64,000 nucleotides of DNA from positions 32,001 through 96,000 of the forward strand of contig CAWFDF010000016.1 of the NCBI GenBank assembly GCA_963814585.1, given 5' to 3'. This document shows positions 42,002 to 54,206 of this stretch, piece after piece. The notes under the pieces are model-generated. The model did not search any database and had not been told where the DNA came from. It was given only the letters and a program-made list of their open reading frames with translations. Both the position numbers and the translations under genes were made by a program. Position 1 is the first letter of the stretch. Each line of letters begins with the position of its first letter. Origin of the DNA: an uncultured delta proteobacterium. Its GTDB lineage: Bacteria > Myxococcota > Myxococcia > Myxococcales > Anaeromyxobacteraceae.

Positions 42002-43080
42002 CCACCCCGCTGGTCCTCGCCATCAACCCCGGCGCCGGCTCGACCAAGCTGGCGCTCTACCGGGGCGACGTGGCCGTGCGCGAGGCGCGGCTCGAGCACC
42101 CCGAGCTGAGGGCCCGGCCGGCGGCGCGCGTCTGGGACGAGCTCCCGACGCGGCTGGCGGCGGTGGAGGCCTTCCTGGCCGAGGCCGGGGTGGCGCGCGG
42201 CGCGCTCGCCGCCGTGGTCGGGCGCGGCGGCCTGCTGCCGCCGGTGCCGGCCGGCACCTTCGAGGTGGACGCCGACATGCTGGCCGACCTGGAGCGGGCC
42301 GAGCGGGGCGAGCACGCCTCCAACCTGGGCGCGCCGCTGGCCCGGGCCGTCGCCGACGCCCACGGCTGCCCGGCCTTCGTGGTCGACCCGGTGGCGGTGG
42401 ACGAGCTCGACCCGGTGGCCCGCGTCACCGGCCTGGCCGGCGTGGAGCGGCGCAGCTTCAGCCACGCCCTCAACATCCGGGCCGTGGCCCGGCGCCACGC
42501 CGCCGCGGTGGGGAGGCCGCTGGCGGCGCTGCGCCTGGTGGTGGCGCACCTGGGCACCGGCTGCTCGCTGGCGGCGCTCCGCGACGGCCGGATGGTGGAC
42601 GTCGTCAACCCGCAGGACGAGGGGCCGATGAGCGGCGACCGGGCCGGCGCGGTGCCCGCCACCGCGCTGCTCGAGCTCTGCTTCGCCCCCGGGGCCTCGA
42701 TGGCGACGCTGCGGCGGCGGCTCTTCGGCGACGGCGGGCTCTACGCCCACCTCGGCACCCGGGACGTGCGCGAGGCGCTCCTCGCCGCGGCCGGCGGCGA
42801 CGTCCGGGCGGCGCTGCTGGTGGAGGCCATGACCTACCAGGTGGGGAAGAGCGTCGGCGCGCTGGCGGCGGTGCTGGAGGGGCGGGTCGACGCCGTCCTG
42901 CTGACCGGCGGCCTCGCCCACCTGGCCGGGGTGGTCGAGCCGGTCCGCGCCCGGGTGGCCTTCGTGGCGCCGGTGGTGGTCTTCCCCGGCGAGGACGAGC
43001 TGAGGGCGCTGGCCGAGGGGGCGCTGCGGGTGCTCTCCGGGGAAGAGCCGGCCCGCCGCTACGGCGAGTCGAAGAGGTAG
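41998..43080 (+). CDS. buk: Butyrate kinase
   Basis: INPGAGSTK, GRGGLL, HASNLG, HALN, LTGGLA, PGEDE. Confidence 0.92.
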   Translation: MTTPLVLAINPGAGSTKLALYRGDVAVREARLEHPELRARPAARVWDELPTRLAAVEAFLAEAGVARGALAAVVGRGGLLPPVPAGTFEVDADMLADLERAERGEHASNLGAPLARAVADAHGCPAFVVDPVAVDELDPVARVTGLAGVERRSFSHALNIRAVARRHAAAVGRPLAALRLVVAHLGTGCSLAALRDGRMVDVVNPQDEGPMSGDRAGAVPATALLELCFAPGASMATLRRRLFGDGGLYAHLGTRDVREALLAAAGGDVRAALLVEAMTYQVGKSVGALAAVLEGRVDAVLLTGGLAHLAGVVEPVRARVAFVAPVVVFPGEDELRALAEGALRVLSGEEPARRYGESKR

Positions 43081-45011
43081 AGCACCAGGCCGAGCGACTG
43101 CTCGGCCGGCCGGCGCCGGTACTCGAGCGCCAGCGAGGCCTGGCGGCCGAGGTGGACGCGGCCGGCGCCGGAGATCGACCAGGTCTCGCCGGTCGGCGTG
43201 CCGGGGAGCCAGCGCCAGTCGCCGGAGGCCAGCAGCGCCGCCCGCGAGCCGGCGCGGAGCCGGACCAGCGCGGCGGGGCCGAGGCCGAGCCGCCAGCCGC
43301 TGCCACCGATCCCCTGCAGGCGGGGCGCCGCCTCCACCGAGCCGTCGGCGAAGAGCGCGGCGTGGAGCGCGCCGCCGAGGCCGGCCCCCGCCAGGCCGGC
43401 GCCGCCAGCGGCCACGAAGGCGACGCAGGAGGAGCAGCCGGCGTCGCGGACGGCCCGGGCCCCAAGCTCGACGTGCCAGGAGGTCCGCTGGTCGAAGCGG
43501 CCCAGCGGCGCCAGCGAGACGATGCGGACCAGGAGGCTCTCGTCGAGCGCCACCGCCGCACCCGCCCACTCGGAGCGGAGCCGGGTCGGCAGGAACTCGA
43601 TCTGCGCCTCGGGCGGGTAGCCGTCGGGGGGGTCGAGCAGGTCGTGGAGGCAGAGCCTGAGGTCGAGGCTGGCGAAGCCGCCCCTGGTGGCGCCGCTCGG
43701 CTCCAGCAGGCCGCCGCCCAGGCCGAGGCGGAGCGAGCCGTGACCGCGGTCGGGGCGGCGCTCCTCGGGCGGCGCGATCACCTGCTCGGCCGACTGGACC
43801 GGGATGGCGCTGCGCCGCGCCAGCAGCGCCTGCCGGTCGCGGGCCAGCGCCGGGTCGGTCGCGTAGATCAGCGCCTTGGCGTGGCGCACGTCCATGAGGT
43901 CGAGCGCGGCGTCGAGCACCGCCGCCGACGCGGCGGGGGCGCCCGGCGGGAGCGGCGCGGCCGGATCGATCGCCAGCGCCTCGACCGCCTTGGCCTGCGC
44001 GTCGTCGAGGCCCCGGGCCCGGGCCTCGAACTGGGTGCGGATGGCCGGCCGGTAGTGGACGGCGCGGACCAGCCCGGGGTTCTCGAAGAGCACCTTGACG
44101 GTGTCGGCCGGGACCACCAGGGGTCGCCACGCGAACGGCTCGACCAGCCGGAGCCGCGGCGCCGCCGCCTCCAGCGCGCCCAGCACGTGGTAGCTGCAGT
44201 TCTCGTCGAGGTACCAGTAGTCCATCCAGGTGCCGCCCAGCTCCCAGAGGTGGGCCACCAGCATGGCCACCTCGCGCGGCGTCAGCTCCAGGTCGTACTC
44301 CCAGAGGTCGCGCGACTCGCTGTCGGCGTACTCGCGCACCTTGTAGTAGTACGGGTAGTGGTTGTAGTTGCCGTGGAACAGGCCGAAGAGTCCCTGGAAG
44401 CCGTAGGCCAGGGCGTTGCTGGTGGTGACCGTCGCGGCGTAGTCGACGCCGTAGTCGAGCAGCTCGAAGGTCTTGCCGGGGAGCGGCACCTCGGTCTTGT
44501 TGAGCCGCAGGAAGGTGTGGCCGAAGGAGCTGGCCGGGTTGTTGAGGTAGTAGCTGGAGAAGACCACCGTGACGCTGCGGGCCTGGACCCGCTCGAAGAA
44601 GGCCGCCTGCCTGGGGCAGGCGCGTGGCGGCAGCCGGCCAGGGTCGAAGCCGAGCCGCGCCGCCAGGTGGTGGAGCCGGGCCGGGAAGCGGCAGGCGGGA
44701 TCGGAGAGCTCGTCCTCGCCGCCGGGTGGCGGGGCCAGCAGGCCGGCCAGGGTGGCGGCGAGCTCGGCGGACGGATCGGTCTTGCCGTCGGGGGCGAGGT
44801 AGAAGCCGGGGCCGTCGGGGTCCCCCTTCACGCCCGGGAGCCAGCGCGGCCGCCAGTGGCCGAGCCGCAGCCAGCCGGGCTCCTCGGCCAGCCCCAGCTC
44901 CGCGGCCCGGGCCAGCAGCGCGGCGAGCTCGAGCGGTGCCGGGGGCGGCGGCTCGGCGGCGGGCGCCGGGTCGGCCGCGAGGGCCAGCGCGAGCAGGAGC
45001 GGGGAGAGCAC
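43059..45011 (-). CDS. DUF4105 (Lnb-like) domain protein with C-terminal beta-barrel
   Basis: [35 protein letters not shown]. Confidence 0.8.
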   Translation of the reverse strand: MLSPLLLALALAADPAPAAEPPPPAPLELAALLARAAELGLAEEPGWLRLGHWRPRWLPGVKGDPDGPGFYLAPDGKTDPSAELAATLAGLLAPPPGGEDELSDPACRFPARLHHLAARLGFDPGRLPPRACPRQAAFFERVQARSVTVVFSSYYLNNPASSFGHTFLRLNKTEVPLPGKTFELLDYGVDYAATVTTSNALAYGFQGLFGLFHGNYNHYPYYYKVREYADSESRDLWEYDLELTPREVAMLVAHLWELGGTWMDYWYLDENCSYHVLGALEAAAPRLRLVEPFAWRPLVVPADTVKVLFENPGLVRAVHYRPAIRTQFEARARGLDDAQAKAVEALAIDPAAPLPPGAPAASAAVLDAALDLMDVRHAKALIYATDPALARDRQALLARRSAIPVQSAEQVIAPPEERRPDRGHGSLRLGLGGGLLEPSGATRGGFASLDLRLCLHDLLDPPDGYPPEAQIEFLPTRLRSEWAGAAVALDESLLVRIVSLAPLGRFDQRTSWHVELGARAVRDAGCSSCVAFVAAGGAGLAGAGLGGALHAALFADGSVEAAPRLQGIGGSGWRLGLGPAALVRLRAGSRAALLASGDWRWLPGTPTGETWSISGAGRVHLGRQASLALEYRRRPAEQSLGLVLYLFDSP

Positions 45012-45023
45012 GGTGACGAAGGG

Positions 45024-45060
45024 TAAACGAAAGGGGAGCCCTCGTGCGAGGACTCCCCTG
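45024..45060 (-). terminator. Intrinsic terminator after the DUF3015 gene
   Basis: Minus strand AGGGGAGTCCTCG-CA-CGAGGGCTCCCCT followed by TTCGTTT. Confidence 0.7.
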
Positions 45061-45095
45061 GAGCGGCAGCGCGAGTGGTGCGCGGAGGAAGCGGG

Positions 45096-45587
45096 CTAGA
45101 TCTGGCAGCCGAGCGACTTGTCGGCCTTCAACGTCTCGAGCAGCTTGTCGGCGATCTCCTGGGAGGAGGCCGTCTCGCTGGGGATGATGGTCGAGTAGCG
45201 CGACTGGAGCGCCGCGCCGACCGCCTGCGAGTTGCTGCAGCCGGCCATCCAGGTGAGGGCGCCGATGGTCTCGCCCTGGCCGCGGCTCATGTCCTTGGCC
45301 AGGACCTCGCGGTTGGCCTCGACGAAGTTCTTGGTCCCCTGGGCCATGGCGCCGGTTCCGCAGTTGGAGGTGCCGGTGGTGATCCCGAAGGTCTGGGTCC
45401 CGAAGAGGGAGTTGGTGGTGGCGGCGAGGATCTGGATGGCGCCGGGCTGGCTGCCGAAGGCCATCGAGCCGAGCCCGCAGCCGGCCGTGCCGTAAGCCCC
45501 CTTGCCCTTCAGGGCGGAGGTGGTCGAGTCCGCGGCGAAGGCGGAGGTGGTGACGAGGAGTCCGGCGATGAGGACGAGTTTGCGCAT
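45096..45587 (-). CDS. DUF3015-family secreted protein
   Basis: YGTAGCGLGS, TFGITTGTSNC, DMSRGQGE. Confidence 0.85.
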   Translation of the reverse strand: MRKLVLIAGLLVTTSAFAADSTTSALKGKGAYGTAGCGLGSMAFGSQPGAIQILAATTNSLFGTQTFGITTGTSNCGTGAMAQGTKNFVEANREVLAKDMSRGQGETIGALTWMAGCSNSQAVGAALQSRYSTIIPSETASSQEIADKLLETLKADKSLGCQI

Positions 45588-45794
45588 TCTGGTAGCTCCC
45601 GTGATGGTCGTGGAAACCCCCGAACAACCGAGGTGTCGGCCGGGCGGTGATCCGGTCATATCGCCGCAGGGTGAACGGGCGCCGGGAAATTTGGGGGCTG
45701 GCCGGTTTTCTGCCGGGGCCGATGGTCTACAGTTGCGGTCCACCTTTGGGATGGGCATACTTGCCGGCTGATTCTGAAATCAGGAGGCCGCACC

Positions 45795-46598
45795 ATGGCG
45801 TTGAAGATCCTGGTCACCGTGAAGCGCGTCGAGGACCCCGAGTCCAAAATCCGAGTCAAGCCGGACGGTTCCGGAATCGTCACCGACGGCGTCAACTACA
45901 AGATGAACCCGTTCGACGAGATCGCCGTCGAGGAGGGACTGCGGCTCAAGGAGGCCCACGGCGGCGAGGTGGTGGTGGTCTCGATCGGCGGCGAGAAGTC
46001 GGCCACCGAGATCCGCGCCGCCCTGGCCATGGGGGCCGACCGCGGCGTGCTGGTCCGCCACGACGGGCCGCTCGACCCGATGGTGGTCTCGGCCATCCTC
46101 GCCAAGGTGACCGAGCTGGAGAAGCCCGACCTGATCCTGCTCGGCAAGCAGTCGATCGACGACGACCAGAACCAGGCCGGCCAGTACCTGGCGGCGCGCC
46201 TCGGCCTGCCGCAGGGCACCTTCGCCTCCAAGACCGAGAGCCTGGAGTCGGAGGCCGAGCAGAAGAAGGTGCCCGGCCTCAAGCTGGCGGCCGACGGCAA
46301 GCGGCTCGAGGTGGTGCGCGAGATCGACGGCGGCGTCGAGACCCTCGACCTGTCGCTGCCCGCGGTGGTGACCTGCGACCTGCGGCTCAACAAGCCGCGC
46401 TTCGCCTCGCTGCCCGGGATCATGAAGGCCAAGAAGAAGGAGCTGAAGGAGCTCCAGGCCGCCACGCTGGGCGCCGACCTCGCGCCCAAGGTGGTGATCA
46501 AGAGGCTGGCCGAGCCGCCGGCCCGCAAGGGCGGCCTGAAGGTGGCCGACGTCGAGGAACTCTGGAAGAAGCTCCACGAGGAGGCGAAGGTCGTCTGA
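45795..46598 (+). CDS. etfB: Electron transfer flavoprotein beta subunit
   Basis: MNPFDEIAVEE, ALAMGAD, GKQSIDDD, PRFASLPGIMKAKKK. Confidence 0.96.
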   Translation: MALKILVTVKRVEDPESKIRVKPDGSGIVTDGVNYKMNPFDEIAVEEGLRLKEAHGGEVVVVSIGGEKSATEIRAALAMGADRGVLVRHDGPLDPMVVSAILAKVTELEKPDLILLGKQSIDDDQNQAGQYLAARLGLPQGTFASKTESLESEAEQKKVPGLKLAADGKRLEVVREIDGGVETLDLSLPAVVTCDLRLNKPRFASLPGIMKAKKKELKELQAATLGADLAPKVVIKRLAEPPARKGGLKVADVEELWKKLHEEAKVV

Positions 46599-46612
46599 CC
46601 TTCGAGGCCACC

Positions 46613-47569
46613 ATGTCCAACGTCCTGATCATCGCAGAGGCCTTCAAGGGGCAGGTCCGCCGGGCCTCCCTCCACGCCGTCGGCGCCGGCCAGCAGCTGG
46701 CCGGGCGGACCGGCGGCACGCTCCACGTGGTCCTGCTGGGGAAGGGGATCGGCGAGGCGGCCAGGTCGCTGGCCGCCTACGGCGCCACCGTCCACGCCGC
46801 CGATCACGACGCGCTGGCCGCGCCGCTCGCCGAGGCCCACGCCCCGGTGGTGGCCGCGCTGGCGAGGTCGCTGGGCGCCACCTGGCTGGGCGCCGCCGCC
46901 ACCGCCTACGGCAAGGATCTCACCCCCCGCGCCGCCGCGCTCCTCGACGCCGCCATGGCCACCGAGGTCACGGCCTTCGCCGGGGAGGGCGCCGCGGTCC
47001 TCTTCCGCCGTCCCATGTGGGCCGGCAACGTGCTGGCCGACGTCGAGCTCGCCACCGCCGTCAAGGCGTTCACCATCCGCCCCACCGAGTTCGCGCAGGC
47101 CACCGCCGGCGCGCCCGGTGAGGTCAAGGCGGCGGCCGTCGAGGTCCCGGCCCTGAAGACCCGCTTCGTCTCGTTCCAGGAGGTGAAGAGCGAGCGGCCC
47201 GAGCTGACCGAGGCCCGCGTGGTGGTGGCCGGTGGTCGCGGCACCAAGGGCGACTTCAAGCCGCTCGAGGCGCTGGCCGACGCCCTCGGGGGCGCGCTGG
47301 GCGCCAGCCGCGCCGCCGTGGACGCCGGCTGGGTGCCGAACGACTGGCAGGTCGGCCAGACCGGCAAGGTGGTCGCCCCCGACCTCTACGTGGCCGCCGG
47401 CATCTCCGGCGCCATCCAGCACGCCGCCGGGATGAAGGGCTCGAAGGTCATCGTCGCCATCAACAAGGACCCGGAGGCGCCCATCTTCCAGATCGCCGAC
47501 TACGGCCTGGTCGGCGACCTCTTCAAGGTGCTGCCCGAGCTGGTGGCCAAGGTGAAGGCCAGCCGTTGA
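46613..47569 (+). CDS. etfA: Electron transfer flavoprotein alpha subunit
   Basis: [30 protein letters not shown]. Confidence 0.96.
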   Translation: MSNVLIIAEAFKGQVRRASLHAVGAGQQLAGRTGGTLHVVLLGKGIGEAARSLAAYGATVHAADHDALAAPLAEAHAPVVAALARSLGATWLGAAATAYGKDLTPRAAALLDAAMATEVTAFAGEGAAVLFRRPMWAGNVLADVELATAVKAFTIRPTEFAQATAGAPGEVKAAAVEVPALKTRFVSFQEVKSERPELTEARVVVAGGRGTKGDFKPLEALADALGGALGASRAAVDAGWVPNDWQVGQTGKVVAPDLYVAAGISGAIQHAAGMKGSKVIVAINKDPEAPIFQIADYGLVGDLFKVLPELVAKVKASR

Positions 47570-47589
47570 CCGACGGTGAAGCACGGGCG

Positions 47590-48591
47590 ATGACCGAGGC
47601 GGAGCTGGCCGGGCTCGGCGTCCACCGGCTGCCGGTGCCCATCCCGTTCGTGGCGGCCGGGGGGCCGGTCAACCTCTACGTCATCGAGGCCGACGGCGGC
47701 GGCCTGGTCCTCTTCGACGCCGGCCTGGGCTCCGAGCCGGCCCAGGCCGCGCTGGCCGCCGGCTTCGACCGGCTCGGATTCCGCTTCGAGGAGGTGCGGC
47801 GCATCGTGGTGAGCCACGGCCACGTGGATCACTACGGCGCGGCCCGCTGGATCCAGGAGCGCCACGGCGGCGAGCTGCCGGTGTTCGCCCACCCGCGCGA
47901 CCTCCTGAAGATGGACGAGGCCGGCCCGCGGTTCCGCGACCAGCACCACCTCTACGGCGCGCACTTCTTCAAGCTGGGCGTCCCCATCGAGGTGATGGCG
48001 GCCATGGCGGCGTCGGGCGACGGCTCGAGCCGGCTGGCGCGGCGCATCCCCGGCGTCCGGCCCATCGAGGCCGGCGCCGTGGTCGAGGGGCGGGCGCTGC
48101 GCTTCGAGGTGATCGAGATGCCGGGCCACACCCCCGGCCTGATCTGCCTCTGGGCCCCGGACCGCGGGGTGCTGCTCCCCGCCGACCACCTGCTGGAGAA
48201 GGTCTCGCCCAACCCCATCGTCGAGCTCGACGCCGAGGGTCGGACGGTGCACCGGCCGCTGGCCGTCTACCTGGCCTCGCTGGAGCGGACCCGGGCCATG
48301 GAGATCTCGCTGATCATGCCGGGCCACGGCCCCGGCTTCAGCGGGCACCGGGCGCTCATCGACTCGCTGCTCGGCTTCTACCAGAAGCGCCAGGAGCGGC
48401 TGCTCGGGCTGCTGGCCGACCGCCCGCGCACCGGCTGGGAGCTCTGCCAGGCCATCTTCCCGCGGGCCGGCCCGCCCGAGGCCTTCCTGACCATGAGCGA
48501 GACGGTGGCCAACCTCGAGGTGCTGGAGGACCACGGCGCGGTGGTGCGCTTCGAGGAGGACGGCGCCTGGCGGTTCCAGCGGGCGGCCTGA
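47590..48591 (+). CDS. Metallo-beta-lactamase-fold hydrolase
   Basis: SHGHVDHYG, PGHTPG, PGHG. Confidence 0.88.
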   Translation: MTEAELAGLGVHRLPVPIPFVAAGGPVNLYVIEADGGGLVLFDAGLGSEPAQAALAAGFDRLGFRFEEVRRIVVSHGHVDHYGAARWIQERHGGELPVFAHPRDLLKMDEAGPRFRDQHHLYGAHFFKLGVPIEVMAAMAASGDGSSRLARRIPGVRPIEAGAVVEGRALRFEVIEMPGHTPGLICLWAPDRGVLLPADHLLEKVSPNPIVELDAEGRTVHRPLAVYLASLERTRAMEISLIMPGHGPGFSGHRALIDSLLGFYQKRQERLLGLLADRPRTGWELCQAIFPRAGPPEAFLTMSETVANLEVLEDHGAVVRFEEDGAWRFQRAA

Positions 48592-48690
48592 TCGCGCCCG
48601 GCGGGTGGCCTCCCGTCGCGCTGAGGACGCAACCACCCTGCTTCGGCGCCCCGGCTGGCCTCGCCGGGCCTCCTTCGGCTACAAGGCCCC

Positions 48691-49596
48691 GTGCCGGATC
48701 TCGCGCTCCTCCTCCTCACCCTGCTCTGGGGGTCCACCTTCACGATGGTGAAGGTGGCCATGGAGATCGTCTCGCCCGGCGTCTTCCTGGCGCTCCGCTT
48801 CGGCCTGGCCGCCGCGGTGCTGGGGCTGGTGGCGCTGTGGCGGCGCGACCGCATCGGCCCCGGCTTCTGGAGCCACGGCGTCCTCCTCGGCCTCCTCATG
48901 CTGGTCGGCTTCGCGCTCCAGACCATGGGGCTGCGCTTCACCACGCCGGCCCGCTCCGGCTTCTTCACCGGGCTGTCGGTGCTCTTCGTCCCCTTCATCA
49001 CCCACTTCACGCTGCGCCGGCCGGTGCGCTGGAGCGCCTGGGCCGGGGTGGGGCTGGCGGTGCTGGGCGCCGCGCTGCTGGCCCGCCCCTTCGGCCAGCC
49101 GGCCCACCCCGAGCAGCGGCTCGGGGACCTGCTCACCACCGGCTGCGCCGTGGCCTACGGCCTGCAGATCGCCTTCACCAGCGAGTGGTCGCACCGCCAC
49201 CCGCTGGTCCCCTTCACGCTGCTGCAGGTCGCGGTGGTGGCGGCGGGCGCGCTGCTCATGATCCCGCTGGAGGGGGGACGGCTCGACGACGCTCGCTGGC
49301 GCGAGCTCGTCGGCGTGGTGGCCTTCACCGGGCTGCTCATGACCGCCGCCGCCTTCTTCGTCATGAACTGGGCGCAGCGCCACACCAGCGCGGTGCGGGC
49401 CGCGCTCATCTACGCGCTGGAGCCGGTCTCCGCGGCCTTCTTCAGCTGGCTCTTGATCGGCGAGCTGCTGGGCCCGCTGGGCCTGGCCGGGGGCGCCCTC
49501 ATCGTGCTCGGCGTGGTGGCGGGCGAGGTGGGCGGGGCCTGGCAGGCGAGGCGGGCCGCCGCCGTCGAGGAGCCGCCCGGTCCCTACCCGTCCTGA
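48691..49596 (+). CDS. DMT/EamA-family transporter
   Basis: LWGSTF, ten TM, LEPV. Confidence 0.9.
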   Translation: MPDLALLLLTLLWGSTFTMVKVAMEIVSPGVFLALRFGLAAAVLGLVALWRRDRIGPGFWSHGVLLGLLMLVGFALQTMGLRFTTPARSGFFTGLSVLFVPFITHFTLRRPVRWSAWAGVGLAVLGAALLARPFGQPAHPEQRLGDLLTTGCAVAYGLQIAFTSEWSHRHPLVPFTLLQVAVVAAGALLMIPLEGGRLDDARWRELVGVVAFTGLLMTAAAFFVMNWAQRHTSAVRAALIYALEPVSAAFFSWLLIGELLGPLGLAGGALIVLGVVAGEVGGAWQARRAAAVEEPPGPYPS

Positions 49597-49653
49597 CGGG
49601 GCGGGCGGAGAAGTGCTCGCCGGCCTCGCCGCAGCGGGGTAGAACCGGCTCCC

Positions 49654-51149
49654 ATGCGCCAGCGACTCCGGCTCGCCGCCATCGCCGCCGCCGTCCTGCT
49701 CGGCGCGCTCGCGCTGCTGCAGGCCCGCCGCGGCGGGCCGCCGACGCCGCGGGGCGAGAGCCGGCTCGCCCTGGCCCCGTGCCAGCTGGCCCACCCGTTC
49801 CTCGCCAGCCGCATCCCGGCGAGGTGCGGCACGCTGGAGGTGCCCGAGGACCACGACCGGCCGGATGGGCGGAAGCTCGCGCTCCGCGTCGCGGTGATCG
49901 AGGCCGAGGCGGGCGGCCGCCAGCCCGACCCGGTCCTCTTCCTCGCCGGCGGCCCGGGGCAGGCGGCCACCGAGATCTACCCGGCCATCGCCGACGCCTT
50001 CACCCGGGTGGCCCGCAAGCGGGACATCGTGCTGGTGGACCAGCGCGGCACCGGCAGGTCGGCGCCGCTCGACTGCCGCGACCTCTCCGAGCCGGCCGCC
50101 GTGGACCGGACCGAGCAGGCCGAGCTGAAGCTGGTGGCGGCCTGCGGCGAGAAGCTGGCCGCCGTCGCCGACCTGCGCCGCTACGGCTCGGAGGACTTCG
50201 CCCGCGACCTCGACCAGGTGCGGGCGGCGCTCGGCGCCGAGCGGGTCAACCTGGTGGGCGGCTCCTACGGCACGCGGGCCGCGCTGGTCTACGCCCGCCG
50301 CTTCCCGGCCCGGGTGCGGACCATGGTGCTGGACGGCGTGGCGCCCCTGGAGATGCCCGTCGGGGGCTGGTTCGAGCGCGACGCGCAGCGGGCCCTCACG
50401 CTGGCGGTGGAGCGGTGCCGCGCCGAGGAGGCGTGCCGGAAGGCCTTCCCGGACCCGGCCGGCGACCTGGCGGCGCTGCTGGCCTCGCTGGAGCGGCAGC
50501 CGCGCACCCTCTCCCTGCGCGATCCGCTCAGCGGGGCGCCGCGGTCGGTGACGCTCGACGCCGGGACGGTGCGCCGGCTGGTCTTCCTGCTCTCCTACGC
50601 GCCGGAGACCGTCTCGCTCCTGCCGGCGCTGCTGTCCGAGGCCCGCCGCGGCGACCCCGGGCCGCTGGCGTCGCTCGGCCTCTCGGCCGGCCGGGACGTG
50701 GAGGCCACCATCTCCCGCCCGCTCCAGTTCGCCGTGCTCTGCGCCGAGGACGTCCCGCGCTTCCCGCCCGCCGACCCGGCGGCCGACCGGGGGCGCTACC
50801 TGGGCGCCTCGGTGAGCGCGGCCTTCCAGGCGGCCTGCCAGCGCTTCCCCCACGGCGAGAGCCCGCCATCCTTTGCCGAGCCGGTCCGGTCGGAGGCGCC
50901 CACGCTGCTCCTCTCCGGCGAGGCCGACCCGGTGACGCCGCCGGAGTGGGCCGCCATCGCCGCCAGGGGCCTCCCCAGGAGCCTGCAGCTCACGCTGGCC
51001 GGGCAGGCCCACGGCACGCTCTCCCGCGGCTGCATGCCGAAGGTGGTGGAGCGGTTCATCGAGGCGGGGACCGCCGACGGGCTCGACACCGCCTGCCTGG
51101 CGCTGGTGAGGCCGCAGCCCTTCTTCCTCGACCTGGCGGGGCCCATGCC

Positions 51150-51153
<4 letters not shown>
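49654..51153 (+). CDS. Alpha/beta hydrolase (TAP-like peptidase family)
   Basis: GGPG, DQRGTG, GGSYG, DPVTP, HG. Confidence 0.85.
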
Positions 51154-51877
<724 letters not shown>

Positions 51878-51881
<4 letters not shown>

Positions 51882-53059
51882 GGTGGGACCTGCTCGGCGT
51901 GGTCTTCAAGAAGGAGGTGCTCGACAGCCTGCGCGACCGGCGCACCCTGGCGATGGTCCTCTTCTTCCCGGTCTTCGGGCCCATGGTCCTGGCCGGGACG
52001 CTCTCGCTGATCTCCCGCGAGGCGCGCAGCGTGGACGAGAAGCCGGTGGCGCTGCCGGTGGTGGCGGCGGAGCGGGCCCCCAACCTGATGGCCTTCCTGG
52101 TGGAGCGCGGCGTCGAGGTGAAGCCGCCCCCGGCCGATCCGGCCGCCGCGGTCCGGCTGAGCGACGCCGACGTGGTGCTGGAGATCCCGGCCGACCACGC
52201 CGAGGCGCTGCGGGCGGGGCGTCCGGCGCCGGTGAAGCTCTACCTCGACGAGTCGCGCCGCTCGTCCCACTCGGCGGTGGCGCGGGTCAAGGCGCTGCTG
52301 GAGGGCTACTCGCGGCGGATCGGCGTGCAGCGGCTGGTGCTGCGCGGCGTCCACCCGGCGGCGGCCACGGCGCTGGCGGTGGAGGAGGTCGACCTGGCCA
52401 CGCCGCAGAGCCGCGCCGCCATGCTCCTCTCCATGCTCCCCTACTTCCTGGTCATGGCGCTCTTCATGGGCGGGATGTCGGTGGCCATCGACGCCACCGC
52501 CGGCGAGCGCGAGCGGCAGTCGCTGGAGGCGCTGCTGCTCCACCCGGTGCCGCGCTCGGCGGTGGTGCTGGGCAAGCTGCTGGCCGCGGCGGCCTTCGCC
52601 GGCGTGACGCTGGTGGAGACCACCGTCGGCTTCGGCTTCGTGCCGCTGCTGGTGCCGCTGGAGGCGCTCGGCTTCTCCATGCGGCTCGACCCGGCGGTGC
52701 TGGCGCGGATCCTGGTGCTGATGCTGCCGCTGCTCTTCCTGGTCGTGGCCTTCATCCTGCTGGTGGCGTCGCGGGCCCGCACCTTCCGCGCCGCCCAGTC
52801 GAGCGTCTCCTTCATGATGCTGGTGCCGGCCACGCCCGGCATCGTGCTGGGGCTGGTGCCGATCAAGCTCAAGCTCTGGATGCTGCTCATCCCGGCCTTC
52901 GGCGACCAGCTGCTGGTGAACCGGCTGCTGCGCGGCGAGCCGGTCGAGCCGGTCCACATGGCGCTCTGCATGGCCTCGACGCTGCTCTGGGCGGTGGCGG
53001 TGACGGCGCTCACGGTGCGCGCCTTCAAGGACGAGAAGTTCCTTTTCGGGAAGGCGTGA
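51878..53059 (+). CDS. ABC transporter permease, NatB-like
   Basis: KEVLDSLRDRRT, DATAGERERQSLE. Confidence 0.88.
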
Positions 53060-53222
53060 CGGCGGGCCGCCCGTGCACCGGGGGAGGTGGCCCGCGCCGG
53101 CGGGCGGGCCCCGGGAGGTTCCGTCGGTGCCGCGGAAGCCCCGGTGGCAGGACCCACGCTGACCGGTGCGGGGGAAGGGCGCGAGACCAGTCTGGAGGCT
53201 CACGGGAAAGGCGGGTGCCAGC

Positions 53223-53657
53223 GTGAACGAGGATCACTTCAGGAAGCTCGAGCACATGTACGCCGGGGCGAACATCAACGCGTTCTTCCGGCCGCGGCTC
53301 GCCATCGGCGAGGGCCGGGCCGAACTGCGCCTCACGGTGCGCCCGGACTTCTTCCACGCCGCCGGGGCCGTGCACGGCTCGGTCTACTTCAAGGCCATGG
53401 ACGACTCGGCCTTCTTCGCGGCGGCCTCGCTGGTCGAGGACGTCTTCGTGCTCACCGCCGGCTTCAGCCTCCACCTGCTCCGGCCCATCCGCGAGGGGGA
53501 GATGATCGCCACCGCCACCGTGGTGAGCCGCTCGCGCGCCCAGATCATCGCCGACACCGTGGTCCGCGACGGCGCCGGAGCCCAGCTGTCGCGGGGCACC
53601 GGGACCTTCATGCGCAGCGCCATCCCGCTCACCGGGGAGATCGGGTACCGGCTCTGA
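53223..53657 (+). CDS. PaaI-family thioesterase (hotdog fold)
   Basis: HAAGAVHGSVYFKAMDD. Confidence 0.85.
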   Translation: MNEDHFRKLEHMYAGANINAFFRPRLAIGEGRAELRLTVRPDFFHAAGAVHGSVYFKAMDDSAFFAAASLVEDVFVLTAGFSLHLLRPIREGEMIATATVVSRSRAQIIADTVVRDGAGAQLSRGTGTFMRSAIPLTGEIGYRL

Positions 53658-53836
53658 CTCGCCTCTCGCGATCTGCAACCGGCCGCGGGTCCTGAGGCCT
53701 CCGGAGAGCCAGCACTCCGGCCGCAAGGTCTCCCCGGGTCCTCACGTCCGAGGTCCACGCGCATGGCCGGTCCCCCTGGCCTGCGACGCACGGTACGAGA
53801 AGCCACCAGGGACACGGCGCGGTGGGGTGCAGGGTC

Positions 53837-54166
53837 TCACCGTGGCCGAGGGAAGGGCGAACAGGACCCCATGTCGCAGCTTCCCCCAGGGCACTGCGAA
53901 TCGAAGGAGCAGGCGCTGGTCTCCGGCGGGAACGGCGAGCAGCGGCCGAAGCGGCAGCTTCCACCCGGGCACTGGGAGTCGAAGGCGCAGGCGCTGGCAT
54001 CTGGCGGGAAGGGCGAACAGGTCCCGAAGCGGCAGCTCCCAGCGAGGCACTCGGAGTCGAAGCTGCACCTGGCCGGGCCGGCCGTGGCGGCCGTCGACGG
54101 GGCGTGCTGGCCGGAGGCGCAGCCGACGAGCAGCGCGATCACGGCACCGAACAGTGGCCGATTCAT
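53837..54166 (-). CDS. Small Cys-rich lipoprotein with three 26-aa tandem repeats
   Basis: Lipobox LVGC; CxFDSxCxxGSCxxGxCSPFP three times (78-bp DNA repeats). Confidence 0.7.
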   Translation of the reverse strand: MNRPLFGAVIALLVGCASGQHAPSTAATAGPARCSFDSECLAGSCRFGTCSPFPPDASACAFDSQCPGGSCRFGRCSPFPPETSACSFDSQCPGGSCDMGSCSPFPRPR

Positions 54167-54206
54167 CTCTGCTTCCCCCGTCTTCGATCCCGGTCGGATG
54201 CCGAGG

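Noticed and set aside
53850..54070. CRISPR array
   Set aside because: The 78-bp repeats are contiguous, in-frame coding repeats with no unique spacers, and no cas genes are present.
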